From the human T2T-CHM13v2.0 reference genome, Homo sapiens, in assembly GCF_009914755.1 (NCBI RefSeq), contig NC_060927.1: a stretch of 64,000 nucleotides of DNA; one strand, 5' to 3'. The notes beneath the pieces were generated by a model, which was not told the origin of the DNA, did not search any database, and saw only the letters and a program-made list of their open reading frames with translations. Below are positions 42,821 through 55,400 of the stretch, one piece after another (position 1 is the first letter of the stretch; every line of letters starts with the position of its first letter). The translations under genes and the position numbers were made by a program.

Positions 42821-43125
42821 CTTTTTTTTTTTTTTTTTTTTTTTGAGACGGAGTCTCGCTCTGTCCAGGCTGGAGTGCAGTGGTGCGATCTCGGCTCACT
42901 GCAAGCTCCGCCTCCCGGTTCACTCTGTTCTCCTGCCTCAGCCTCCTGAGTAGCTGGGACTAGAGGTTCTTGCCACCACGCCTGGCTAATTTTTTTGTAT
43001 TTTTTTTAGTACAGATGGGGTTTCACCATGATAGCCAGGATGGTCTCGATCTGCTGACCTCGTGATCTGCCCGCCTCGGCCTCCCAAAGTGCTGGGATTA
43101 CAGGCGTGAGCCACCGCGCCTGGCC
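42821..43125 (-). mobile_element. AluY-like
   Basis: cactgcaagctccgcctccc, agccaggatggtctcgatct; TSD actgataggactt / actgatacgactt. Confidence 0.94.
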
Positions 43126-43659
43126 ACTGATACGACTTTTAACCAGACCTCCTGCCTCCAGCCTTGCCCTCATGCAATTCAAATTCTACAAAATAGGCAG
43201 AGTCCTAATCCCAGAAATCCAAATATGACCACATCACTCCTCTGCATAGAGGCCCTCAGTGCCTCCCATTGCTCTCAGGATAGAAATTAAGACTCCTTAA
43301 CATGATCCAAATGTTCTGTTTACCTCACTAACCTTGTCATATTTTTTCCTGCCCTAGGTCTCCTCCCCAACACGTTAAAATGCTGCAGCATTCAGCCTAT
43401 TAATCACAAACTTCCAGGTCTTTGCACATGCGTTCAAGTTCTTGGCTTAGACACTTGAAGTAGGAAGCCTACTCTGAAGCCTGTAAATATTTCATGGCCT
43501 TTCTATTATGTTTATGCAACTTACACGTCAGCAGAATTTTGTGACTGAAAAAGTCTTAAGAAACACTGAGAGATCTTGTTTCAGACTAGGGGCTGTCTCC
43601 TTAATACCTTAAAGAAAAATCTAACAAGGGATTTAATGTTCTCAGTCTATTAAGTTAAG

Positions 43660-43838
43660 CGGTGGTTCTTTACTTTGACTGCACATTATAATCACCTTGG
43701 CTGCTTTTTAAAATTTCTGATGTTTTGGCCTTTATACTCAGAAATTCTATTTAACTGGTCTGAGGTGGGATCTAGGTACCAGTGGTTTTTAAAGCTCCTC
43801 AGGTGATTCTAATATGAATCCAAGGTTGAGATCCACTG
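43660..43838. mobile_element. MER5B hAT MITE
   Basis: cggtggttct...ctgcacattataatcacc...aaagctcctcaggtgattctaatatg...aggttgagatccactg. Confidence 0.8.
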
Positions 43839-43929
43839 CCTTAGTTTTGCCACTGTGGTCCCACCTGGTATTTATACATTTATTTTTTTCCCTACCTAAG
43901 ATTAGCTATGGGCTTCCTCATCTATTGTT

Positions 43930-44203
43930 TTTTTTAATCTTTTATTTTAGGTTGAGGGGTATGGGTGTGTTGTTATATAGGCAAACTTGTGTCATGGGGA
44001 TTTTTGTACAGATTGTTTTGTCACCCAGGTACTAAGCCTAGTACCAAATTTTTTTTTAATTTTTTTCTGCTCCTGTACCCTCTACCCTCAGGTAGGCCCC
44101 AGCGTCTGTTGTTCCCCTCTTTGTGTCCACGTGTTCTCATCATTTAGCTTCCACTTACAAGTGAGAACATGCAGTATTTGGTTTTCTGTTTCTGTGTTAG
44201 TTT
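43930..44203 (-). mobile_element. L1PA13-16-like 3' end, 5'-truncated
   Basis: gtcacccaggtactaagcctagtacc...caggtaggccccag...aagtgagaacatgcagtatttggttttctg; TSD tcatctattgtt / tcacctattgtt. Confidence 0.88.
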
Positions 44204-44437
44204 AAAGCCAGAATTCATTCACCTATTGTTAATCACAACCCAAACATCTCCCAGGAGAAGCATTCCTACTTGTGCACTGGGGCCAGCTTTAGCAACAGTG
44301 AAATTATATTCTGATGGCCATGTTTTCAAGTTCTGTTTTTGTTTCTCAACTGGCCCCAACTCAGGAAGGCATGCGATGAATTTTCACCCTTAAATCCCAA
44401 CAAAGAAGGAGAGAGTAAAGATACAATTGACTAGAGT

Positions 44438-44625
44438 AGTGGTTCTCAACAAGGGTGATTTGGCAGTTTCTAGAGACATATTTTTTTATTACCACTGAAG
44501 GGGGCAGTGCCACTTGCAACTAGTGGATAGAGGCTCACTAACCATACTACAATACCCAGTCCAGTCCCCCACTGCATAGAATTATCCAACTCCAAATGTC
44601 AATAGTGTTAATTTAAGAAGCAACT
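44438..44625. mobile_element. MER20, degraded
   Basis: agtggttctcaacaagggtgattt...ctagtggatagaggc...agaattatccaactccaaatgtcaatagtg. Confidence 0.75.
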
Positions 44626-44836
44626 ATTGAGAGATGACTCCAAAGCTTTCTTCTTGCCTTAAAACACTCTGGGAAAGAGTCTTTGAGTAATTGAATTGGA
44701 GTGCAGTGGGCAGATAAACTTGTTTTCATAAAAAAGAAACAGTGGATGCAGATATAGAGAAATTTTAAGGTTGAGATGGGTGAATTGAGGGAAATGTATT
44801 GTTGAAACTGTCTCTTGACTATTTCTTCTATATGAA

Positions 44837-45020
44837 TCATGCTTTACGCATGAACTCTGAACCAGCAGCATCAGCATCATCTGGGAACTTGTCAGAAATG
44901 CAAGTCTTGGGCCCCACCCTAGACCTACTGAATCAGAGACTCTGGGGTTAGGACCCAATGATGTATGTTTCAACAAGCCTTCCTGGAGATTCTGATGTTG
45001 CTAAAGTTTGATGATATTAT
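44837..45020 (+). mobile_element. MER5A
   Basis: accagcagcatcagcatcatctgggaacttgtcagaaatgca...agacctactgaatcagagactctgggg. Confidence 0.85.
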
Positions 45021-46210
45021 TCTAGATCATATGCTGACCTTGTCTTAAGGTCTGTTGTGGTTCGTTACATCATATGCCTTCAAGAGTCAGTTTGATTATT
45101 GGGAGTAGCAGGGGTGATTGCATTGTAAGAGAGCTTATGAAGAAGGCCAGCTGGTCTGCAGGGCAGATGAGCTAGAGGTAATGCTTCCTGACAAGTCCAT
45201 TTAGTGATTTTACTCTTTCATGGGATAGCTGTCATGAAAGGTTTTAAATACCGGTGCAATAAAGCATGCCGTGTGGTCAACATAATGTTGAAGTAAAGTT
45301 AATTGCCACAGGAAATGAAACCGACGTTGGGGGGCAGGGGGGTGGAGACAAGTAGGTTGTAGAAAAAGTTCTGAGGATCAGAATCCAAAGGATGCTCTTT
45401 CTTTTCTCACCCATTTTAAGACTTAATTGAATCCTGTTTGTTTGTCTCACTCACCCCACATCCCTCTTCTACTTTATTCTATTAAAAATCTCATTGCTTA
45501 AAGGTAAACCAGGATTTATCATGGTTAGTACTAGACTTAATCCTTGCTATTCTAGGAACTGTTCAAAGAAGCAAAGTACTAAACCATAAAATACGCCAGT
45601 GAAATAAAAAGGACCTGACATTTAGAAAATCCACAAGGCTACTTTCTTTACCTTCCTTTTCTAAGATTTTAGGCCTCTTTCCCCTCCAAAAGCTATGCTG
45701 TGAGAACCAGATGTGGCCACAATACTGTTTCTTTTTTTTTTTTTTTTTGTGACTTGCATTCCAGCCCCTCATTCCTGAAGGAGTGCTTTTCTCTGTTGGC
45801 TGCTTTATCCTCCAGACTCTTCCCTTCCCTTCCTTTCCTTCTTCTAACTCCCTATGGCTGGTGGAGGGAAAGATATGTTTAAATTTAAGGAAAAAAAATG
45901 TTAGGAGAAAATATGGTGACAAATGAGTAGCAATGGGATGTTCTCTGAGACATGACAATGAGGAAAGAAAGCTTCCATGATGAATGTAGACTTGTCTTAA
46001 ATTAAAGGAAGTGTCCCAGGTCATAACTGATGTGATGGAAACATTAACCTAATTAACCTAATCACTAGCATCGATATATGTGGAGATAAGAATGAGTAGA
46101 TAAGAGGGGTATTTTTCTAGGGGTCTTTAAAAGGTGAGACCAAATAGCAAAAAATCTGGTACAATGTCATCAATGGTATCGAGCTAATGTAACTATGGGC
46201 TTGTGTATAT

Positions 46211-46605
46211 ATCCATCCATCTATCTATCAATCCATCTATCCATCTATTCATTCTTTAAGCATACATTTATTAAGAATCTACTATATGCCAAGCACTGTT
46301 TTAGGGGCTGAGGATATAGAGGTGAATTACATAGGCCAGTTCCTTTCCCACGGACCTTGGCACTTATATTTCAGTAGAGGACTCAAACTATAAACATGTA
46401 AACAAATAAACAACGTAATCACAGATGGTGGTAAGTGCCATGAAGGAGATGGTGATTAGATGAAGAGTAACTGGAGGAATGTATGTATGAACAACGAAGT
46501 CTGAGTGCTTCAGTTTTGAGTTGACACCTGAATGTTAAGAACATGCCAGCTATTCAGAGATGGGGAGGCAATGGAGAGGGACAGGTGGGAATTTCAGGCA
46601 TATAT
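46211..46605 (-). mobile_element. L2 3' end with (tcca/tcta)n-derived tail
   Basis: atccatccatctatctatc...catttattaagaatctactatatgccaagcactgttttagggg...taagtgccatgaagg. Confidence 0.75.
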
Positions 46606-47210
46606 CAGGATCTTCTAGAAATGTGAACTCAGGAGCTACTTGAGCCTGTTAAGAAAAATTATCCACAACCTGAAAACAAGTCCGAGAGTGTGACCGTAAG
46701 CCCTTTCAATGCCATACTTAATCATTATTTAACAGGCCCATCCAAGGATGATATATTTTCCTATAAGAATTTACCATTATTTGTTTCTGCTATTTACTAT
46801 TTATTATTAATAATTGAGGGCTCAGGATCTGTAAAGTTATACATGTTAAACTTGTATATGATGCAATGATTTCCTTCTGGTGTAAAGATGACCCTGAAGT
46901 TTATGGTTTATTGCCCCTAAAGACATTAATTAATTTTGTATCTAGAAATTTTAGTCCTTTTTAAAGAAAAAGACTATGTAAACTAAATTATCCAAAATGC
47001 TCTTGGAGAACTTTTATCTTCTTATTGGTTACCTCATCAATTAATGAGTTGAATAAAATTTTTGATACATATTCATTTGATAGTTCAATGAGAGTCATAC
47101 TTTTAACTTTTTGAAAATTATACATTGACAAGATATACCGTGGCTCACCTCAGGAATTGGGAGTCAGAGATCAGCTTTAATGAGTACATGAAAGCCTAGA
47201 ATTATCTGTA

Positions 47211-47376
47211 TTTTTTTTTTTTTTTTTTTGAGAGGGAGTCTCACTCTGTCGCCAGGCTGGAGAGCAGTGGTGTGATCTTGACTCACTGCAACCTCCAACT
47301 CACTGGTTCAAGAGATTCTCCTGCCTCAGCCTCCTGAGGAGCTGGGATTACAGGCACGTGCCACCACGTCCAGCTA

Positions 47377-47417
<41 letters not shown>

Positions 47418-47535
47418 AGTAGAAACGAGGTTTCGCCATGTTGGCTAGGATTGTCTTAATCTCCTGACCTCGTGATCTGCCCGCCTCGGCCTTCCAAAGT
47501 GCTGGGATTACAGGCGTGAGATACCGTGCCCGGCC
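47211..47535 (-). mobile_element. AluSc-like with (TG)17 in the middle linker
   Basis: ctgtcgccaggctgg (Sc-type), cctgacctcgtgatc; TSD gaattatctgta / gaattatctata. Confidence 0.93.
47381..47415. repeat. (TG)17 microsatellite
   Basis: Direct reading; uninterrupted. Confidence 0.98.
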
Positions 47536-49620
47536 GAATTATCTATATTTTTAAGATCAAGCACCTTATTAACTTAATCAGATGTTCCAGACTCTTGAGT
47601 CTTTCAGTCACAACTGCTGACCAGAGTAAACACTCTCCAGACTCCTCATGTGCCCTTGCCTTGATTTTTCTATGCTCACCAAATAACATATTTTGGTTGC
47701 TAATTCTGCTTCAAAAGTATTCAGGTATCAGGAAAGAGGTTCCCTGTATGGAGCTTGATAATTATAGTTCTTGCCAAATTTATTTATTTATATTTTATTT
47801 ATTTTTGTTTTTTTGTAAATTACTATGTTGGCCTCCTGGCTTATGCATCTGCCTTTTGCCGTGAGTCAGTTCTTCCAGGTCCCACTAAGTCTGAGTGATT
47901 GGACAAAGCTGAGTTCCTGTACCAGCAAAGAAGCTGGAGACTAGACCCAGTGAGACGGGGGACCCTGACTGGAGCCATGCAGCACGAGTGGCCTCTGTAG
48001 GCAACATGAGGAGGCATCTCTCCATCTCTACCTGGTTTCTCTCTAAATTGCATGGGGTGGAATGTGGGATTGATGATCATTCTAACTTTCTTCTCTTTAC
48101 TGGAATTGTCCAAAAGTATTTATGCTCATTTTCAATGAGCTCAGGTTCCCAAGAAAGAACAATTCACACACTCTCAGAGAGAAAATAATTCGTTTCTTAT
48201 CAGGTCAGTCAATTTGCTCTTTCTTGATATTTGTTTTGTGTGCTCCACACAAAGTCCTCCTGGCCTTCCTTAATCTTTTTGGGAAGTATAAACACTGCAG
48301 ACAGGTGGGGTCTTACAGGCACCATATCTTTGAGGAGATGCTGATACCTCCTCCAGCTCCTGAGAAGGAGGGCCTATGGGATTGTTCTGCCAAGCATCTA
48401 AGAAAGGGTCATTTCCCTTTGCTTCAAGGACTCTTTCTTTATGAAAGCTGATCTTCTTCCTAAGAGACAGGTCTCTTCATGTTTTATTTGATGATTCTAC
48501 TGACAATGCTTTCCAGAAAAAAAGCCCAGGATGGCTGCAGATTGTGATGTTTTCATCTTTTTCAAACAACATTCTGGTTTAATGTTTAAAATGTGGGAGA
48601 GAAGCTGGATGCCCTGCAGAAACTGACTCAATGAAAAGGCATCTTGGGATGTCAATCCAGTTTGTGAAAACCTTCCTGTTGACAAGGCTAGGTTAAAAAC
48701 AACATTTCCAAATGTGCAAAAATGAAAATTGAGATCTTGAGGCAACTTTTTCAGTTTCTGTGTGAACAAAGTAGTGGAATAAACTATAGAGTAATTCATA
48801 TTAAAAATATTTTAAACTAAATAAACAATCAAGTAAGAGCAACCAGCATAACCAGTGTTACCAGAACACAGCATTATTTAAACAGAGTAGTGAGTCCTGT
48901 CAATTTGAATAATGACACAAAATTGCACTGGGGGATTCTCAGAATTTCTACTCAGAATAATCCTTCCCTTCATCATTAAGCAACTATCCACGTCCCAGTT
49001 TTCCCCAAGTATCTTCCCAGTAGCTGGTTAGCTATCCATTTTCAGTGCAGAAGGGGATGCAGATGGATTAAATAACGTGAGGAAACTGCTTCCAGTTGCA
49101 GCAATTGCAACTTATTTAGATGGACATTCTCTCTAGTAGGGAAATGTCCACCCAGATAATAAGAGGGCTACCTCTTTACTTTCAACTAGAGACCTCATCA
49201 GGGCACTGAATAGCATTCATCTGATACTTTTAGTTTTAGACTTGCAAAGTGTTTTCCAAAGATGACTTTTTCAAAAACATTTTTTAAAAAAATCAAAGAC
49301 AGAGCATGACCATGGACAATTTTTTCAATAAAACAGTTTGGCCAGGTTGTACCATCTCTTTTGGCCTCTTCCCTCATAATGGTTGGGCAAGGAAGGACTG
49401 TACCCTTTGCATGCAAGGGTTTCCAAAAGGGAGGAATTTGGGAGTCAGAAAGAATCGCTTAGGAGCTGCCATACCCTCATCCCAGATTGCTGAGAGAACA
49501 AGAGCCATTATAGGTAAGGTATGCCAGCTTTAGGCAGGCATTAAATACTCTGTAGTACAATAATGTCAGGCAGTTGTTTCACAAGGAGCAGGTTCAAAGT
49601 CATGTTAACAGGAAGAAGGC

Positions 49621-49785
49621 TTTTTCTAAATTTAATTTTTGTTGTGGTAAAAGATACATAACATAAAATTTGCCATTTATTTTTAAATTTACAGCTCTGT
49701 GGCATTAAGTATATTCATATTGTATTTCAACGATTACCACTATCTTTGTCCAGAACTTTTCTGTTTTCCCCACTGAAACACTAAC
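49621..49785 (-). mobile_element. L1MB 3' end fragment
   Basis: ttgtggtaaaagatacataacataaaatttgccatt...gtggcattaagtatattcatattgt...tccagaactttt. Confidence 0.8.
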
Positions 49786-50185
49786 TCCCAAGATTCTTTT
49801 TAATGTAAGATCAGTTTATATGGTTTCTTGGAAACAAACAAGCAAACTAGCACTTGCTTTGGCAAGGTAGGCTCTCTTTTTAGATAGTAAGGAAATCAGA
49901 TCTAATTTTCACTAATGAAAAAGTTATTTTGACATTGAAGCACCTAGTGTTGACCCCATTTGTACAACAGCCCATTTCTTCCAATTTGGAGTCACTAAAG
50001 ACTAGGCAGAGGAGGGGTCCCATTAGCATCATAGGCTTGACACATGAAGGGGCAGAATTTTCTCCTTGGTGGATGGGAAGGATGATGTGTTTTGAAGAAA
50101 AGGGGATGGGATACCAGAATGGGAGGACTGAAAATAAGAAGGAGGCTTGAAGAGAAAGAGAGGAGAGGTTGGGAAAGAATTGCTT

Positions 50186-50266
50186 TGGCCACATGTGGGT
50201 AGTGGCTACTCTTTTGAAGAGTACAGATACAGAATATTTCCATCATCACGGAAAGTTTTATTGGAC
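50186..50266. mobile_element. MER3/MER33 fragment
   Basis: gccacatgtgggtagtggctac...agaatatttccatcatcacggaaagttttattggac. Confidence 0.7.
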
Positions 50267-50289
50267 TTTAGGTTCTGGTATGGAGTTTA

Positions 50290-50905
50290 GGTTCCAGAGT
50301 CATAAAGACTTGATCCTTCCAATGCCACTGACTAGCTCTGTGAATTTAGGCTAGTTATTTAATCTTTGTTAGTCTCAGTTTTCCCATTTGCAAAATGAGG
50401 ATAATAAGAGTGTCTCCCTGTGGAAGAGCCAGCCAATTCACCAAAAATCTGTTTCCTTCTATTTCTAGGCATCCTACTAGGCCACATTTCCTGGTTTCTC
50501 TTGCCATTTACTGTGGCTATGTGACTGAGTTCTACCCATTGGAATATAGGCAGCAATGCTAGATGTTGTTTTCAGCTAAAACTTTTAGAGAGAGGCCTCT
50601 TCATATTTTTTCCCCTTTTGCCTGATGGATCCAAACAAAAATAAGTCCCTAAGATATGGATGAGCCACAAGATAGAAGCAACCTGAGTTACTGGATTACT
50701 TCATGAAGGAGAGGCAAACATTGATATAAAAGTTTTACCTTTGATTGTTATGTGAGCAAGAAATTAACTTCTATTACACAGGGGCTCTTTGTTACTGCAG
50801 CATTGCTTAACCTAGAACAATTACAGGGTTCAATGAGAAAATTTAATCAAAGTGCCCATCACAATGTCTGGTACCTGGTAAGTGCTCAGTAAATATTAGC
50901 TGTTT
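50290..50905 (+). mobile_element. MIR split by an MLT1 LTR
   Basis: tctcagttttcccatttgcaaaatgaggataataa before the LTR; tggtaagtgctcagtaaatattagct after it. Confidence 0.7.
50419..50820 (+). mobile_element. MLT1I/J-like MaLR solo LTR
   Basis: cacatttcc...gtggctatgtgactgagttct...gagccacaagatagaagcaacctgag...atgtgagcaagaaattaacttct. Confidence 0.7.
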
Positions 50906-52221
50906 TTTAAATACTGAAGAGCAGAAATTATAGAGCAGGAGAGACCCAGGTTTAAACTAAAGCTGTGTAAACTAAGCTCTGTAATTATAAGCAATTTGCA
51001 AAAACACAGGTTCTTAATTTCCTCACCTGTAATATAAGATGATAATGTTAATGAAAAGAAAGAATTATTAAAGTTGAGAGAATATGTAGTTTTTCTCTCA
51101 ATTCAGAAGCCTGCATGATTTAACACTATTTGAGCTGGCTACTGCTTTTTCACGCTGCAGTATTGATTTCCGATTTCAGTAGAGGCAGCCTGCTGTACTC
51201 AGGGGTGCCATTTAGTTAAGTGGACTCAAGAATTCCTGTGCTATAGCTGATCCAATATAGAGACACCTCCATGAGTCTGCAATCAGATAAGTTCCAGGAC
51301 ATTTAGGCAGACTGAACTATTGACAGGCACAAAATCAGCAGCTCTTGAGTCCAGAAGGCCATAAAGAAAGCACTTGAATCTGACCAGATCTCCAGAAAAC
51401 TCAAGAGGACCATGAGCTATCCAAGGATTTTTTTTTTCCTGTTACAAATATAAGGCACATAGAGAGGACGGTGAAATTGCTTTCAGTTGCCTAGAAATGC
51501 CAGGTTCTTTGTTGCAGGTGTTTCCAACAATGCTGAACATAGCAGTGGACTCCTCAATTCCAACTGCCTGTGTTTTGCACCAATAATCGTGAAATGTTGA
51601 TGTAATTCATATCTAATGATTAAAGCCCTTTCTATGGGTTTGGGGGAATTATGGGGCTGAATTGGGATCAATGCCAAGGATTCAGATCTGGGGGTTGGAA
51701 CTAGTCTTTTCCTTTCCAAGCAGTAAGAGCTAGAAGGTTTGCTAGAAAAAAATCAGCTTGAAACGGAAAGAAAACAAACATGCAATTAATTCTAAAAGAT
51801 TAGAGGCAAAATAAGAGGCAAGTAGGGACCCAGGGGTTAAGAGTCACATGAGGCTGGGAATAAAGGGGGAAGTTCCGAGGCAAACTCTATGAATGGACTC
51901 AAATCCATTTGGCAGTAGTGTGTCAGTCTGGCTCAGAGAGGCCAAAGCAAAGACAGTGAATTTGTGGAGAAAATACAATTTCAATTGAAGATGGCCTGGT
52001 CACACATGAAATAAGAAAGATATGAATAGTTGGATGTAATCAAAAAACAGGTGTTAAGGATTTCTTATAGGAGGAAGAACAGAATGTATCCATACACATA
52101 CACATATACATATACACTCAGCCTCACAGTAAGGCATCAGAAACCGTGCTGAACTACATAAGGGTGGTACCTGTAGTGAGTCAGCTAGGTTTGGAGAATC
52201 AGTAGAAAGACAGTATTTCTC

Positions 52222-53200
52222 TTTTTGCAATCTATCCATTTGACAAAGGTCTAATATCTGGAATCTATAAGGAACTTAAACAAATTTACAAGAAAAAAAC
52301 AAACAACCCCATCAAAACTGGGTGAAGGATATGAACAGGCACTTCTCCAAAGAAGACATTTATGCAGCCAAAAAACATATGAAGAAAAGCTCATCATCAC
52401 TGGTCATTAGAGAAATACAAATCAAAACCACAATGAGATACCATCTCACACCAGTTAGAATGTTGATTATTAAAAAGTCGGGAAACAACAGATGCTGGTG
52501 AGGCTTGGAGAAATAGGAACACTTTTACACTGTTGGTGGGAGTGTAAATTAGTTCAACCATTGTGGAAGACAGTGTGGTGATTCCTCAAGGATCTAGAAC
52601 CAGAAATACCATTTGACCCAGCAATCCTGTTACAGGTATATACCCAAAGGATTATAAATCATTCTACTATAAAGACACATGCACACGTATGTTTATCACA
52701 GTACTATTTATAATAGCAAAGACTTGGAACCAACCCAAATGCCCATTAATGGTAGACTGGATAAAGAAAATGTGGCACACATACACCATGGAATACTATG
52801 CAGCCATAAAGAAGAATGAGTTCATGTCCTTTGCAGGCACATGGATGAAGCTGGAAGCCATCATCCTCAGCAAACTAACACATGAACAGAAAACCAAACA
52901 CCACATGTTCTCACTCATAAGTCGGAGTGGAAAAATGAGAAGACATGGACACAGGGAGGGGAACATCATACATCGGGGCCTGTCAGGGGGTGGGAGGCAA
53001 GGGGAGGGAGAGCATCAGGACAAATACCTAATGCATGTGGGACTGAAAACCCAGATGATGGGTTGATAAATGCAGCAAACCACCATAGCCCATGTATACC
53101 TACATAACAAACCTACACATTTTGCACATGTATCCTAGAACTTAAAGTAAAAAAACATAAATTAAAAAAAATAATAAAGTAAAAAACTTAAAGGAAAAAA
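52222..53200 (+). mobile_element. L1PA (L1PA7-10-like) 3' ~1 kb, 5'-truncated
   Basis: ORF2 C-terminus (AKTWNQPKCP...WIKKMWH...FAGTWMKLEAIILSKL), 3' UTR and A tail; perfect 16-bp TSD aaagacagtatttctc (52206-52221 / 53201-53216). Confidence 0.95.
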
Positions 53201-54754
53201 AAAGACAGTATTTCTCAATGTGTGTTTGGCAAATGGCCTGTACCAGCATTGTTTATGAAAATTGTTAAAATGAAGACTCCAGGACCACTGAGTGTGGGAT
53301 TCTGATTTAACAGAGCACTTTTCTGATTGTCCAGGAATCCAGCTTTGGGGGTGTCAGAAGGCAACTCAAGAACATGGCTGTTTTAAATCAACCAGGCATG
53401 GCAGCCTAAGATAGACGGCGCAAAGAACAAGCGAGATGAATCATGGGTGAAATGTCACTCAGGGGTTGCTTTAGACTTGTATTTGGGCCTCCTTTCACCC
53501 CTTAGTGGGTTCCTGGGTCTTACTCCCTTCTACTTTGACTTTGGGGACCTGCTTCTTCTTCTCTTCTGCCATTTCCTTTACTGCACCATGGGCTCAGTTA
53601 ATAACCTGGGCCTCTCTCCTACATAAGGCATGGGGGCGAATTGATCCAGAACAACTGGTGCTATCACCTTAGTTTTCCCCTTCAAGGCAAATAGCTCCTA
53701 TCAACCATACTCTGATGATGCTTGATGAACTTTGTTTAGGGGAAAGTATCCATGTTACTTGTGTGGTTTGGAAATTAGAGAAAGAGATAGAAAATGGCCC
53801 CATAATACATGTGATTAAATGGTCTCAGGGTGCTTATATGGTGTTTGTCAAGATTGTTCTGGCATGACAGTTTTCCACAGTGCTAGGCATAATTGGGTTA
53901 TGAATAAATACTTGCTGATAGTACCCTCTCACCATTTTCTTCTCTAAGAACACCCTCTGGAAGAATCTATTCTGAACATCAACATTGCCTCCTAAAGAAT
54001 ATGTTCTGGGTATTAACAATATGTTGATCAAATCAAATAAAATGATTAATGCCATATTTCCTAGAATCTAAGAGGTACATATTTCTGGGAGAGTAATTTA
54101 TTTTCTTATAAATCATACATTGATAAGTAAGCATTGTGTTATAGTTTTATTGAGAGACTTTCCTTTAGTGTCTCAGACCTTATGAAATGTTACATATAGA
54201 CAAATCTTCTGTTAAATATTAGCATAATGGTAAATAAATCATTCTGGTTGAAAAGGTCAAGAAATAGGCTTATCAGGATGATTTCTTTTCTAATAAGTAT
54301 AATACAATAAAATAGAGGCAGTGCAATCTGATTAAAACAACATTGAATTTGATGTTTAACAACATGGGTTTTTGAGTCTCAGTTTCCTCATCTGTAAAAT
54401 GAAGATAATGGAACCTACCTCACAATGTGGTTAGAAGTAAATGAAATTATGATATTTATAAGGGCCTTATAAACTCTAATATGCTTTAGAAATAATATAT
54501 ATTGAGTCTATCCTAGAATATGGCATGTCTAGGATGCCATAGAAAGTAGTAGTGTAATGCCTTTATGCAGTTCAGAAGACATTTTAGCATGTTGTGGTGT
54601 TATCTCTTGGGTTACCATAACTAGTAAAAATATGATCTGAATATTTAAGGTATTTAATTGTATTGAATATCATAGGTAATTAAGGCTCAGTAGACATGGC
54701 TGAGAAAGCACTGAGTGTCTGATACCTTTAGAGTTACATTAAAAAATGAATCCC

Positions 54755-54876
54755 AGCCAGGTGCATTGGCTCACGCATGTAATCCCAGCACTTTAGAAGG
54801 CTGAGGGAGAGGACTGCTTGAGCCCAGGAGTTCGAGACCAGCCTGGGCAACATAGCAAGACTCTGTCTCTACAGAA
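54755..54876 (+). mobile_element. FLAM_C / free left Alu monomer
   Basis: Single monomer agccaggtgcattggctca...cttgagcccaggagttcgagaccagcctgggcaacatagcaagactctgtctct. Confidence 0.85.
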
Positions 54877-55063
54877 AAATTAATCTCTGCCAGAATTAAT
54901 GGGGAAACACTATAGAATTTTCTACTATGTTCATGAATAAGACAAGGAGGCCCTCTACCTCCACTGCCATCTATCACATTGAGGGTATTAGAAGAAAAAA
55001 AGGGGTAAGGATAAAAACTATCTCCATTTTCAAGTAGTATGATTACATATTTGGAAAAAAACA

Positions 55064-55400
55064 TGCTGGGCACCTATAATCCCAGCACTTTGGGAGACCA
55101 TGGTGGGCAGATCACTTGAGGTCAGGTGTTTGAGACCAGCCTGGCCAACATGGTGAAACCCTGTCTCTACTAAAAATATAAAAATTAGCTGGGTATGGTG
55201 GCACACGCCTGTAATCATAGCTACTCAGGAGGCCAAGGCAGGGAAATCACTTGAACCTGGGAGGCAGAGGTTGTAGTGAGCCTAGATTGCGCCACTGCAC
55301 TCCAGCCTGGGCAACAGAGCAAGAGTCCATCTCAAAAACAAACAAACAAACAAACAAACAAACAAACAAAAAACAGAAAGAAAAGAGAAAAAGAAAAAAA
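55064..55400 (+). mobile_element. AluSx/Sz-like with a 5' deletion and (AAAC)n tail
   Basis: gctgggca^cctataatcccagcac; gatcacttgaggtcagg; tail of about 8 AAAC units, then A/G-rich. Confidence 0.93.

Noticed and set aside
45563-46024. 153-aa minus-strand ORF
   Set aside because: Runs through poly-T and CT-rich tracts (poly-K); a low-complexity artefact.
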